Source: an uncultured Ignavibacteria bacterium
Lineage (GTDB): Bacteria; Zixibacteria; MSB-5A5; WJJR01; JAJRUJ01
Assembly: GCA_964461835.1 (NCBI GenBank)
Contig: CAYWVO010000002.1
Coordinates: forward strand, 23,600 to 87,599
Length of the DNA: 64,000 nt
Direction of reading: 5' to 3'
Shown: positions 10,510 through 20,026 of the stretch, one piece after another
Layout of the letters: each line of letters starts with the position of its first letter
Numbering within the stretch: position 1 is the first letter of the stretch
Made by a program: the position numbers and the translations under genes
The notes under the pieces: generated by a model
Databases searched by the model: none
What the model saw: the letters and a program-made list of their open reading frames with translations, nothing else
Told to the model about the DNA's origin: nothing

Positions 10510-11634
10510 GTGAGAAACACAGCAGGCATAGTATTCATTTTCGTTTTTCACTTTTTCCTGACGGCACATCTTATTCAAGCAGAATCACAATGGATTACCC
10601 ACGATCCGGGCGAGCGGGCGATGGTCAATGCGGCAGGGCAAGTGGTGACCGCTGCCAAACGCGCCGTGCGATTTTATGATGCTGATGGTAATGCTGCGGC
10701 GACAATTCGTCTGAAAGGGAACGAAGTCGTCAACCTGCCCGCCGGGGGCGGCGAGGTCGTGGGAATTACGCGTTATCATGACCATTCACCGACTACCCTC
10801 AAGCCGGTGGCATTTGAATTATACGATCTTTCCGGCACCCGGCAATTTCGGCTGACGAAACCGCAGTTTACCTCAGTCATCGTTTCGCCGACTGGCAATG
10901 CAATTGTTGGGCATGATGGTGTCGAAGGACTGGCCAAATCAACCCTGCGGTTTTATGATGCCTCCGGCACCGAGAGTAAGACTATCACGATCGAACGATT
11001 CCAGGGGGGACGGTTCTCCGCAGATGGATCGGTATTCGTGTATCGGACTGCGACCGAGGGGGTGCTTGCCTATTCGGCTGACGGGACGCCCCTGGCGCAT
11101 TTTGGGGCGGGTTCGTTGTATGAAATGTCATCTGATGGCTCCGTCTTCGCCATTTGGCAAGACCAGTCACTACGCTGTTACCGGGACGGCAAACGCATAC
11201 AGACAATCCCAACTGATGAAATCGTGCGCGCTCTTGCAGTCTCCCCTCAGGGTGATTTGGTAGGATGGGTCGGGACCGATCGTGGCGCGGTGTATACCCT
11301 CGGCGACACCATCGCGCAAACATACCTTGAGCTACCTAATGCCGGTGAAAATTTCCGTTCACTGGCGATCAGCGATGCTCAGGAATTCATTGCCGTTGGT
11401 GTGGACAGTAGCGCCGGTCGGTCGGTACCGGTAGAAAAACGTCATACGCGTGGCTTCGTGCGCATTTTTGATCTCAAGGGTAACTTGCGGCAAGAGGAAA
11501 AGTACAGCTACGAGGTCTGGAATGCCTGGACCCCGGGGGTGCGTTTTGTTGATTGGCAACAACGGCTGGCCGTAATCCTGCGCACCGGCATACATTTCAT
11601 CCCGTTGCCGCCCCTGGAGGCATCGGGCCGATAA
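10510..11634 (+). CDS. secreted beta-propeller-like repeat protein (TolB/PD40-like repeats)
   Basis: Signal peptide VRNTAGIVFIFVFHFFLTAHLIQA. Repeated RFYDA(D/S)G and S(A/S)DGS motifs suggest propeller blades. Start is either the GTG at 10510 (GGAGAGG RBS upstream) or the upstream ATG at 10423. Confidence 0.45.
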   Translation: MRNTAGIVFIFVFHFFLTAHLIQAESQWITHDPGERAMVNAAGQVVTAAKRAVRFYDADGNAAATIRLKGNEVVNLPAGGGEVVGITRYHDHSPTTLKPVAFELYDLSGTRQFRLTKPQFTSVIVSPTGNAIVGHDGVEGLAKSTLRFYDASGTESKTITIERFQGGRFSADGSVFVYRTATEGVLAYSADGTPLAHFGAGSLYEMSSDGSVFAIWQDQSLRCYRDGKRIQTIPTDEIVRALAVSPQGDLVGWVGTDRGAVYTLGDTIAQTYLELPNAGENFRSLAISDAQEFIAVGVDSSAGRSVPVEKRHTRGFVRIFDLKGNLRQEEKYSYEVWNAWTPGVRFVDWQQRLAVILRTGIHFIPLPPLEASGR

Positions 11635-11653
11635 ATACTTTTGCGTGGAAACA

Positions 11654-13150
11654 TCAAGGCGGGGTGATGACTCCCCGTATGGCCGTTGCTGCTACAGTCC
11701 GGATTCCCGCAAACCACAATCGGCGAGACTTCTTAATCACGCTTTTCAAATTTTCCGGTGGCCGGGTGCTTAACACATCTCCCTGACCGAGAAATTTATC
11801 TAGATCGATATTGACGGAAACCCGGCGGTCAACGATCGATGCCCCGGCGGTGACCAGCCGTTCGAGCCAGCCGCGTCGATGGCTGTCGAAGATCGTCGAT
11901 GCCGAGACGGGCATGACAAAAACGGTGACATTGGTCGGAATGTGATACCCGCTTAATATTTCGGCGGCGTAAGCGATTTCGTACGGGAGTGCATCGGGTC
12001 CAATGATGATGGTTTCGATTTCGTTGCCGGCGGCATCCTCACCACTGTGGATCGACCAGGAACCGTCGAAAACGCCCACCCGCACATCTTTCAGCCGGCT
12101 TTCCAACAGAAATTCGCGATCATAGTGCGCACCACGGTCGGGAAAGGCCTTGATAAATTTAGCCTTCATGTTACGGGGGAAATGCTTGCGAATGACTTCA
12201 TCAAATGGACAGATCGCGGCCGCCGCACCGAAAGCCGTTGCCAATTGCGTTAATTTTATCTTGCGATCGATCGTGAGCCGTTCGACCGTAGTTCCCTCAA
12301 ACTCCAGTACCGCGTCCTGCCATTCGGCAGCGGGGTAACGGTTGAGTAAGTCGAGGAAGCGATCCTCGACACACGCGCGGTGGCTGGCCTGACGGGCGAA
12401 TTCCACTTTGCAGATTGCTTTCGGTTGTTCCAGATTTTCCCCGAGGCAGAGTGCGGCGATTCCTCCCAATCCCCCCAATTCATGCGCGCAACCGGAAATC
12501 GTTTCTCCGGGACGGATGATGCGATTTTCGATAAGTTGCCAGTCGGTGCGGCCAAAGAGACAGTCACCCCAGAGCGACTGCCCGACCGGCGGCCGCATGA
12601 GTTTGGTGTCGGCGTGATCCGGGCAATTGCCGTCCTGATGCATCCCCAACCCCGAATACAATTCAAAGAGCCCGGTCCCCGATTTCGGACCATTATGCTC
12701 GCGGAAATGCCAGTCCGGTGTCAGTTGTCCGTCGGTGGAATTCTGTGCCATGCGGCGCCAGAGTTTTAGCGTGGTCGGCGCGGGGGCGCTCCCTTTGGCA
12801 CGGCCGGCAATTGCGGCATTATCCATCGCCGCGGTAAACCTCAATTCCAACTGTTCCAGCTTCAGATGAGTGGGCTTTTCTGAGATACCGTATTTGCGCC
12901 GCCAAGAGTAAAACGCGACCTTGGAGAGATTCAATTCCCGGCCGGCTTTGAAATCGTCCCCGTGTCGCAGCCAGGCTTCTTCGATTTCTTTGCGGGAGAA
13001 TTTCGGCGCCGAATATGGCGGAATCTTCTTTTTGCGTCGCCAGTAGGCGACCAGGTACTCGGGGACACCACCGAGGGCCTCGCCAATCTTTTTGTCGGTC
13101 TTGTATTGCTTTTGCAGTTTAAGCAGGTCTTTCTTTCGCGGAATTTTCAT
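11654..13150 (-). CDS. aconitase/LeuC-family-like protein lacking Fe-S cysteine ligands, with N-terminal tandem transposase-type HTH motifs
   Basis: The C-terminal ~380 aa align by eye to aconitase-family domains: GCAHELGGLGGIA resembles the LeuC GVGGIEA region, and IETIIIGPDALPYEIAYAAEILSG...VFVMPVSAS...LVTAGASI resembles LeuC VDVVFIGSCTN...AAAEIAKG...LVVPGSG...FIEAGFEW. The cluster-ligating cysteines (GSCTN, PGCSMC) are replaced. The N-terminus has two motifs (YLVAYWRRKKK, VAFYSWRRKYGI) like the IS3-family OrfA HTH (ATFYNWRKKYG). Confidence 0.5.
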   Translation of the reverse strand: MKIPRKKDLLKLQKQYKTDKKIGEALGGVPEYLVAYWRRKKKIPPYSAPKFSRKEIEEAWLRHGDDFKAGRELNLSKVAFYSWRRKYGISEKPTHLKLEQLELRFTAAMDNAAIAGRAKGSAPAPTTLKLWRRMAQNSTDGQLTPDWHFREHNGPKSGTGLFELYSGLGMHQDGNCPDHADTKLMRPPVGQSLWGDCLFGRTDWQLIENRIIRPGETISGCAHELGGLGGIAALCLGENLEQPKAICKVEFARQASHRACVEDRFLDLLNRYPAAEWQDAVLEFEGTTVERLTIDRKIKLTQLATAFGAAAAICPFDEVIRKHFPRNMKAKFIKAFPDRGAHYDREFLLESRLKDVRVGVFDGSWSIHSGEDAAGNEIETIIIGPDALPYEIAYAAEILSGYHIPTNVTVFVMPVSASTIFDSHRRGWLERLVTAGASIVDRRVSVNIDLDKFLGQGDVLSTRPPENLKSVIKKSRRLWFAGIRTVAATAIRGVITPP

Positions 13151-13345
13151 GATACCTCAAGCCGGCTACCCGTGCAGCCTTACGCATCATCCCGTCATAA
13201 GTTCGACCACCACCGGAATGATAAGATACTAAAATACATGGTGCAGTTCAAGAATTTGTCCGACAAAGACATGCGTCGAGCAAACAAGTGTCGACGATTG
13301 TTGGCCGTAGGTTCTTATCCGATTATGGCTTAGCTTGGTTGAGGC

Positions 13346-13840
13346 TCAGGTTTCTTCCGGTTTGGCGAACCCAAGTCGCAATCGCTCGTACACCATCGGC
13401 AGATCGACGGAATTCACCCGGGTATCAAACAACGCAGGCATGAAATTGGTATCCCCGATCCAGCGGGGGACGATATGCAGATGCAGATGATCGCGGATCC
13501 CCGCACCGCCGGCCGGGCCGAAATTGAATCCCATATTCAGTCCCTGCGGTTGCAGGCGTTCCATGATCACAACCTGGCTGAGTGAGGCTAATTCGATCAA
13601 TTCAGCGCGCTCGTCCGGCGTCAGTTTATCGAGCGTACTGATGTGCCGGTTGGGAACAATCATGATATGTCCGGTATTGTACGGGTAGAGGTTCATGATA
13701 ATGATGTTCTTGGTTCCCCGGTGGAGGATAAGGTCCTCTTTATCGGAGTTTCGGCGTATCCGATTACAGAACACGCAACCTTTCTCGCGTTTGCCGAGGA
13801 TATACTCGGTCCGCCAGGGAGCATAAATACTCTCATTCAT
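13346..13840 (-). CDS. HIT-family protein (Ap4A phosphorylase/GalT-like branch)
   Basis: Histidine triad HLHLHIVPRW. About 164 aa. The start overlaps the rmuC stop by 4 nt. Confidence 0.75.
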   Translation of the reverse strand: MNESIYAPWRTEYILGKREKGCVFCNRIRRNSDKEDLILHRGTKNIIIMNLYPYNTGHIMIVPNRHISTLDKLTPDERAELIELASLSQVVIMERLQPQGLNMGFNFGPAGGAGIRDHLHLHIVPRWIGDTNFMPALFDTRVNSVDLPMVYERLRLGFAKPEET

Positions 13841-14889
13841 GACTGATCTCCGAGATTGAACAAATCAGACGATTGATCTGATTCCACGGATTTCGCCTGG
13901 TCCGCCGGAGCGTTGGCAGCGGCGACCGACCGCCGCATACGAATCGTCACATCGCGGCATTTCTGCGTCGCATTGATGACCATGGTTCCGCCGCGCCCCA
14001 ACTGGTCATCGATCGTTTTTTCCAGTTCATTCAATAATGTGTCCAGCGCCCCCAGATGCCCTTTGACCTTTTCCATGTTCAAACGCTGGCCGAAGCGCAG
14101 GATCAACCCGTAGATGGCCAGTAACATCGGGATGGCATTCGAGTAGGGCATAAGCAGCACACCCTGTTTGAATGCTTCGTAGTGAATCCCGCCAGCGACC
14201 GTATATACCGGATCGGGGAGTGCCGCCACGGCCAGTGGAACGGTCTTCTCCGGGTCGATATATTTGGCGATATCCCGCGTAATGCGCAGCACTCTACTCT
14301 CTGCCTGCTTACGCAGGCGGGTTGCCTCGTCGGGATCGCTTACTTTGTCCAATCGTTCAACCAGTTCCGGTTCCGGCCATTTGGAGTCAATCGGCAACAC
14401 CCGGTCATCGGGCAGCCGCAAGGCAAACTCTACCACGCCGTTACCCAGATGAAAATTGGTCGCCAGCAACCAGGCGGGAAAGGCGGCCAGTTGCTCATGC
14501 AAAAGATACTCGCCTTTCTTGCCGCGTGAGGAGGCGCCCATCAAGACCCGATGCAGCCGCTCCAGCAACTCCTGGCTCTTGCCGCCGGATTGTGAAACGC
14601 CGCTGAGCTGCTGGGTGATGCCGTCAATGGTGCGGCGTGTTTCCGAGAGATACTCCTGCATGCTGCGACGTTGTTCTCCGCCGGCCGCCAGGCGCTCACG
14701 CACATCGTTTAATCCTTCCGGAACATCCACCAGTCGGTTTAGTGCCACCCGGTGTTCCGCCAGGGTCTCCAGAATCGTGTCAATCCGGGGGTCGGGTTCA
14801 ACCGGTGGAGCCGGTTTGGCCAGTCGTAATCCCAGATAAAGGATCACGATAATGAGAAGGCAAAGTAGTGCAGCAATGACATATTCCAT
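13837..14889 (-). CDS. rmuC: DNA recombination protein RmuC
   Basis: N-terminal TM helix (MEYVIAALLCLLIIVILYLGL) followed by a long coiled-coil and an RmuC-type C-terminal domain. Start set at the ATG at 14889; the longer ORF-track extension would overlap rlmD. Confidence 0.65.
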   Translation of the reverse strand: MEYVIAALLCLLIIVILYLGLRLAKPAPPVEPDPRIDTILETLAEHRVALNRLVDVPEGLNDVRERLAAGGEQRRSMQEYLSETRRTIDGITQQLSGVSQSGGKSQELLERLHRVLMGASSRGKKGEYLLHEQLAAFPAWLLATNFHLGNGVVEFALRLPDDRVLPIDSKWPEPELVERLDKVSDPDEATRLRKQAESRVLRITRDIAKYIDPEKTVPLAVAALPDPVYTVAGGIHYEAFKQGVLLMPYSNAIPMLLAIYGLILRFGQRLNMEKVKGHLGALDTLLNELEKTIDDQLGRGGTMVINATQKCRDVTIRMRRSVAAANAPADQAKSVESDQSSDLFNLGDQS

Positions 14890-14989
14890 GCGTTCCACCC
14901 GGAGATCATATGTCCCCAGCCTGGGTACAGACTTGTGATAACATACACAAAAACCGATGGTCAGGACAATGACTACCGTACAACGGGTG

Positions 14990-16363
14990 TTATCTTGTTG
15001 ACAGCCGGGCGACAACCTCAATATGCGCCGTATGGGGAAACATATCTACGGCGATTATCCGATCCAACGAATACACTGATTCGCAAAGCATTTGCAAATC
15101 GCGCGCCAGTGTGGCCGGATTACACGAGACGTACACGAGTTTCGGGACCTGAAGTGCACATAAGCGCTTGACCACTTTGGGATGCAAGCCGGCGCGCGGC
15201 GGGTCGGTGATGACCAGATCAAATGTCGACCCATTGTCCAAACATTCCTGCAAGTAGTTTTTAGCATCGCGACAGATGAAGGTGCAAATGTTGATTCCAT
15301 TGGCCTTCGCCGTTTCTCGCGCCGCCCGGACCGCCTCCGAGACGATTTCTACTCCGGTGACTCGTTTGACCGATTGCGCAACCAGGAGAGAGATAGCCCC
15401 CGCCCCGGAGTACAGGTCAAGTACGGCATCATCGGGGGAGCATTCGGCAAACTCAAGTGCGGTCCGAAAAAGTTGTTCGGCCTGTCTGGTGTTGGTTTGA
15501 AAAAATGATGTTGGGCCCAGGGTAAAGGTCAATCCTGAGAGTTGTTCAGTGAAAGTTTCGTCACCGATCCAGATATCCGCCATTTCCCCGACCGCAATTT
15601 GGGCCGGCGTATCGTTGATTGTTCGAAGAACGGTTTTAATTGATGGGATATGATCAACCAACTGCTCGGCCCACTGATTTCCCTCTGACAGCTCCCCGGC
15701 GGTAGTGACCAGATTGACCAAAATCTCTCCCGTGGCCTGACCGATACGCACCACCAGAAAACGGAGGAAGCCGGTACGATGTCGGGAATGGTATGGCTCG
15801 TATGGTGTTGAGGCGAAAAAGGAACGTGTCACTTCAACAATCTCCGCAAATTCGGGTGGGGGGAGGTAGCATTCCTGCAAATCAAAGACCTGCCAGTAGC
15901 GGCCGCGCGGATGTAACCCTACGGCATTGTTTTTCTCCGTGTCCTGCCCGAACGCAAATTCCATTTTGTTGCGGTACCCGAAGATATCCGGGCAGGGGAG
16001 GATCGTGACCGGGCCCGGATCGGGCAATCCTCCCAATCGGATCAGATGATTGCGAAGCTGTTCCGCTTTAAACGCCAGTTGTTTTTCATACCGCAAATGT
16101 TGGAGCTTGCATCCGCCGCAATGCCCGAAGTGCCGGCAGCTTGCCGGGATACGATCCGGCGACGGCTCTTTAACCTCGGTGACGACGGCTTCCAAATGTC
16201 GCCGTTTTCGCTTAAAGACACGCGCCTCGACCACATCTCCCGGTAAACCACCGTCGACAAACACGACCATGCCGTCGTGGTCACCGATGCCTCGGCCCTG
16301 GAATGCCAGATCAGTGATCGGGACGGTAATCGTATCACCCGGTTTTGGCAGGGTGGCATTCAT
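14990..16363 (-). CDS. rlmD: 23S rRNA (uracil-5-)-methyltransferase RlmD/RumA
   Basis: TRAM domain at the N-terminus, Fe-S Cys cluster (CRHFGHCGGCKLQH), SAM-binding motif (VLDLYSGAGAISL) and catalytic Cys near the C-terminus (VYVSCNPATL). Confidence 0.85.
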   Translation of the reverse strand: MNATLPKPGDTITVPITDLAFQGRGIGDHDGMVVFVDGGLPGDVVEARVFKRKRRHLEAVVTEVKEPSPDRIPASCRHFGHCGGCKLQHLRYEKQLAFKAEQLRNHLIRLGGLPDPGPVTILPCPDIFGYRNKMEFAFGQDTEKNNAVGLHPRGRYWQVFDLQECYLPPPEFAEIVEVTRSFFASTPYEPYHSRHRTGFLRFLVVRIGQATGEILVNLVTTAGELSEGNQWAEQLVDHIPSIKTVLRTINDTPAQIAVGEMADIWIGDETFTEQLSGLTFTLGPTSFFQTNTRQAEQLFRTALEFAECSPDDAVLDLYSGAGAISLLVAQSVKRVTGVEIVSEAVRAARETAKANGINICTFICRDAKNYLQECLDNGSTFDLVITDPPRAGLHPKVVKRLCALQVPKLVYVSCNPATLARDLQMLCESVYSLDRIIAVDMFPHTAHIEVVARLSTR

Positions 16364-16416
16364 ATACTAAAGTACAAAACCTCAAGATTATCAGAATAAG
16401 GTGAAGGAGGAGAACG

Positions 16417-17358
16417 TCATCGCCATTCGGTCTTCGGTCCCACACCCAAGAAATATACTTCAGCGGGTTTTAGCAGTTTGTCAAAGGGCTTTCCGAGAAA
16501 ACGGCCGATTTCGGCCGGTGAAGTCCCCAGATGAAAATAGAACTGGCGATCGATGGGGACATCACCGGCGAATGCACCCGGTGGATGATGCGTGGAATAC
16601 CCCAGACCCAGGACGATAGGGTTGTAGCGATTGTCGGAAATTCGCCAGGTCAGCCAATAAATGTAATCGTCGTATTCAGACATATTTTGAGCCAGCACCC
16701 GATCTTTCCCAGAGAAAAACTGCGGTTTGACCGACACCTTGAAATCCCATCGGGGGTTTGTCTGTCCGGCACGGAACCACGCCAGACCAACGCCCAGGAA
16801 ATCCGCCACCAGATCGGTTAGGCCGAATCCCTGCTCCGGATTGTAAGCGTCCATCGGGAACTCAACGAAGGCCATGTACAGGGCCGCATGTATTGCACCA
16901 GTGCGCGCGGCGGCATCCGCCGAGAGGCCGCTCCAGCGATACCCGGTGTGGGCCAGTTGGGTCAACTTATACGCGATGAGCAGATGGCTGACCTCATCGG
17001 AGAAAGCCAGGTAGTCCCCCTGGAGTTCATCCTTAAAATGGAACTTCCCGCGCGCGTCGCCCCACAATTCGGTGGCTTTTCGATAGGCAACATACCCCTG
17101 AGTCAACGCCAGACCCTCCCAGAGCGCCAGCCGGGTGAGGGACGGACCACGCGTGGGTCGCCACATCTGTTGCCAGAATGATTGCGGGGGCGGTTGCGAC
17201 GGTGACTTGAGCCGCAACGATGCTGGTTCTGCCCTGTCAAAAAGCCGGGCGTCGGCGATGGCGCCCTGAGTGGTGTCCGGCGCATCTGCTTCGCCCCAAC
17301 ATGCTGTCGATACCGCGAGAAGTAAGACAAATGCGGCAACTGGTCTAATGAAACTCAT
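16417..17358 (-). CDS. hypothetical secreted protein
   Basis: Signal peptide MSFIRPVAAFVLLLAVSTACWG. Aromatic-rich mature protein with no confident domain assignment. Confidence 0.45.
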   Translation of the reverse strand: MSFIRPVAAFVLLLAVSTACWGEADAPDTTQGAIADARLFDRAEPASLRLKSPSQPPPQSFWQQMWRPTRGPSLTRLALWEGLALTQGYVAYRKATELWGDARGKFHFKDELQGDYLAFSDEVSHLLIAYKLTQLAHTGYRWSGLSADAAARTGAIHAALYMAFVEFPMDAYNPEQGFGLTDLVADFLGVGLAWFRAGQTNPRWDFKVSVKPQFFSGKDRVLAQNMSEYDDYIYWLTWRISDNRYNPIVLGLGYSTHHPPGAFAGDVPIDRQFYFHLGTSPAEIGRFLGKPFDKLLKPAEVYFLGVGPKTEWR

Positions 17359-17534
17359 CACTTCCACCCTCATCCGCAATATCCGCAAATTGTCGCAATT
17401 GTCAAAGGATTTGGCGTACGATGGGGGCCAATATTGGTTACCAATCTCCCGTCATTGCAAGAAATTAAAATTGAAATTGCGGGTTATTGTTTGTAAATAG
17501 GAGGTTTCGTGTCGATTAAACGTATGGAAGCGTT

Positions 17535-18497
17535 ATGATTTCGACATTCACATATCGTCCCGACCCCGGCCTTGAGCGGCATGAGGGCATCCTGGATTTT
17601 GCCGATCTGATGAGCCAGGAGGATACGGTCTTCTGGGTGGATATGCTCTCCCCGACCGACGAGGAGTCGTATGTCCTGACACATGATTTCAAGTTCCACC
17701 CGCTGGCGATTGAGGATGTCATTGCCGAGGTTCCCACCCCCAAAATCGATATTTTCCAGGATTACCTGTTACTGGTGTTCAAAATCGCAGATTTCGATGT
17801 GGCCACCGGGGTTAACACCAAGGAAGTAGATATCTTTCTTACCCGCAACGGGGTGGTGACCATTCATCGTGAGCCGGTAAGGCCCTTGGAAGCGGTGGCC
17901 ACGCGGTGCGAGCGCGATGAGCGCGTGCTTTCACGGGGGGCTGCCTTTACCTTTCACACAATAGTTGACTATCTTACTGATCATTTCAACACCACTATGG
18001 AAGGTCTGGAAGACGCGGTGGATGAGGTCGAAGATCAGGTATTTGATGAGCCTGAAGAACGGGTAATGAAGGATATCTTCAATCTGAAACGCGACCTGGC
18101 TGCGGTGAAACGGCTGGTAACTCCGCAGCGAGAAATCCTGAATCGGCTGTCGCGCGAACACTTCCGGCTCATCGATCCGGAGATGAATATATATTTCCGG
18201 GATATTTTCGATCATTTCAACCGGGTCAATGACCTGGTCGATTCCTACCGGGATACTTTGACCTCGGCCCTGGAAGTATATTTTTCCACCGTTTCCTCCA
18301 AGACCAACGAGATTATTAAGATTCTGACAATCTTTTCGGCAATTATGCTTCCTTTGACTTTCATTGTGGGATTATATGGCATGAATTTGCAAATGCCGGA
18401 GTATGAATGGGAATATGGCTACCTGTTCGTGTGGGGGATAATTGTTGTGGTGCTGGTGGGGATGTTCTGGTTCATCAAGACTCGGAAGTGGTTGTGA
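17535..18497 (+). CDS. corA: magnesium/cobalt transporter CorA
   Basis: C-terminal two TM helices with the GMN motif (LYGMNLQMPE). 320 aa. Confidence 0.85.
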   Translation: MISTFTYRPDPGLERHEGILDFADLMSQEDTVFWVDMLSPTDEESYVLTHDFKFHPLAIEDVIAEVPTPKIDIFQDYLLLVFKIADFDVATGVNTKEVDIFLTRNGVVTIHREPVRPLEAVATRCERDERVLSRGAAFTFHTIVDYLTDHFNTTMEGLEDAVDEVEDQVFDEPEERVMKDIFNLKRDLAAVKRLVTPQREILNRLSREHFRLIDPEMNIYFRDIFDHFNRVNDLVDSYRDTLTSALEVYFSTVSSKTNEIIKILTIFSAIMLPLTFIVGLYGMNLQMPEYEWEYGYLFVWGIIVVVLVGMFWFIKTRKWL

Positions 18498-18620
18498 GGC
18501 TGACCTTTTGACAACCCGCAATCCTCTCCGGTTGTACACTACCTGAAATAGAACACAATTTTTATCGGCCGACAGACGCGGAAACAGCACGTAACAGATA
18601 ACAGGCTTAACGGGAAATTA

Positions 18621-19979
18621 ATGCGAAATTCTTCACATATTATTTTGATTATTTTGCTATTGGTCGTTGGATTCTCGATTCCGGCAGCCGGGCAGGAATA
18701 CTTAACGCTGACACTTCAGGATGCGATCAGCCACGCGTTGAAGCACAATGAGGATTTTCTGATCGCGCAAACTGAGCAACGCAAGGCAGATGCGGAGGTG
18801 GCCCGCGCCCGCGCCGATGTTTTTCCCCAATTGCGGTTCCACGGTGATTACACGCGAAGTTTTGAAATACCGACCCAATTTGTGACCATTGGCAATAATG
18901 TCGAACGGTTCAAATTCGGGTTTGAGCATGGGGTGAATTGGGGATTCACCGCCACCCAGTCGCTCTTTAAGGGTGGCCGCATGTTCGCGGCCTGGTCCGC
19001 CGCCCGGTTATACGCCAAATATACGCGTCAGGTCCGTCGGCAGGCTTTGTTGGACCTGCAGTATACCGTGGCGCAAACTTACTATGATGCCTACCTGGCC
19101 GAGCAAGCCGTGACCGTTGCGCAACAATCGTTGACGTTGGCGGAGGAAACTCTCGATGTCGTGCAGAAAAAATATGAAGAGGGAGCGATTTCTGAGTATG
19201 ATTTGCTGCGCGCCGAGGTACAAGTTGCCAATATTAAACCAAAGGTCTTACAGGCAGAGAACAACCGCGACCTGGCTTACACTGCCTTGCGCAACATCCT
19301 CGGCATCGAGGGTGGGCGGCCGCTGGCGCTGCAATTGACGTATCCGGATTCGGCGGTCTGGGAGGACGACGAATTGTCTGCATTGATTGACCTTGCCGAC
19401 ACTGCGCGGCCGGAGTTGATGCAAGCGGAACTGGAAGTGGAAATGCGTGAGCGGGCGGTCACGGTGGCACGATCCGAGCGATTGCCCAGCCTGGAATTGA
19501 GCGGCCGGTACAACGTGTCGGCCTACCGCGAAACCTTTGGCTTCGATAGCTGGCAGCGCACGCCGTCCTGGACCGCCACGCTTTCGCTAAGTATGCCCAT
19601 TTTTGAGGGTTTTCGTATCAAATCCAATATCTCGAACGCACAAGCCGATCTGACACAGGCCGAACTCCGTCACCAGTCGATTTATAAACAACTGACACTG
19701 GAAATCGAGCAGGCACAAAACAATCTCCGTGAAGCGACCGAGCGACTGGCCTCCCAAGCCGAGACGGTGGACCAGGCCGAACGGGGATACGAAATTGCCG
19801 AGTTGCGCTACCGCGAGGGGATCGGCACGCAACTGGAAGTCACGGATGCGCGGCTGGCGTTGACCACCGCGCGTCTAAATCACAATACCGCGCTGCGGGA
19901 TGTGTTGGTCTCGCGCGCCGCATTGCGGCGAGCGGTCGGGCAACCGGTCCTGAACGAATTCTCGGAGCTGCCGGACTAA
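18621..19979 (+). CDS. TolC-family outer membrane efflux protein
   Basis: Signal peptide, then two repeats of the OEP/TolC helical pattern (LTLQDAISHALKHNEDF..., ...TDARLALTTARLNHNTALRDV). It is the first gene of an OMP-MFP-RND operon. Confidence 0.8.
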   Translation: MRNSSHIILIILLLVVGFSIPAAGQEYLTLTLQDAISHALKHNEDFLIAQTEQRKADAEVARARADVFPQLRFHGDYTRSFEIPTQFVTIGNNVERFKFGFEHGVNWGFTATQSLFKGGRMFAAWSAARLYAKYTRQVRRQALLDLQYTVAQTYYDAYLAEQAVTVAQQSLTLAEETLDVVQKKYEEGAISEYDLLRAEVQVANIKPKVLQAENNRDLAYTALRNILGIEGGRPLALQLTYPDSAVWEDDELSALIDLADTARPELMQAELEVEMRERAVTVARSERLPSLELSGRYNVSAYRETFGFDSWQRTPSWTATLSLSMPIFEGFRIKSNISNAQADLTQAELRHQSIYKQLTLEIEQAQNNLREATERLASQAETVDQAERGYEIAELRYREGIGTQLEVTDARLALTTARLNHNTALRDVLVSRAALRRAVGQPVLNEFSELPD

Positions 19980-20026
19980 GGCGTGACTACCGTGGGGATA
20001 AAATAGTAAACACACGAGGCCAGGAA

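Noticed and set aside
12962-13333. 123-aa plus-strand ORF spanning the aconitase-like/HIT intergenic region
   Set aside because: It mostly overlaps the 5' end of the minus-strand aconitase-like gene. No RBS. Likely spurious.
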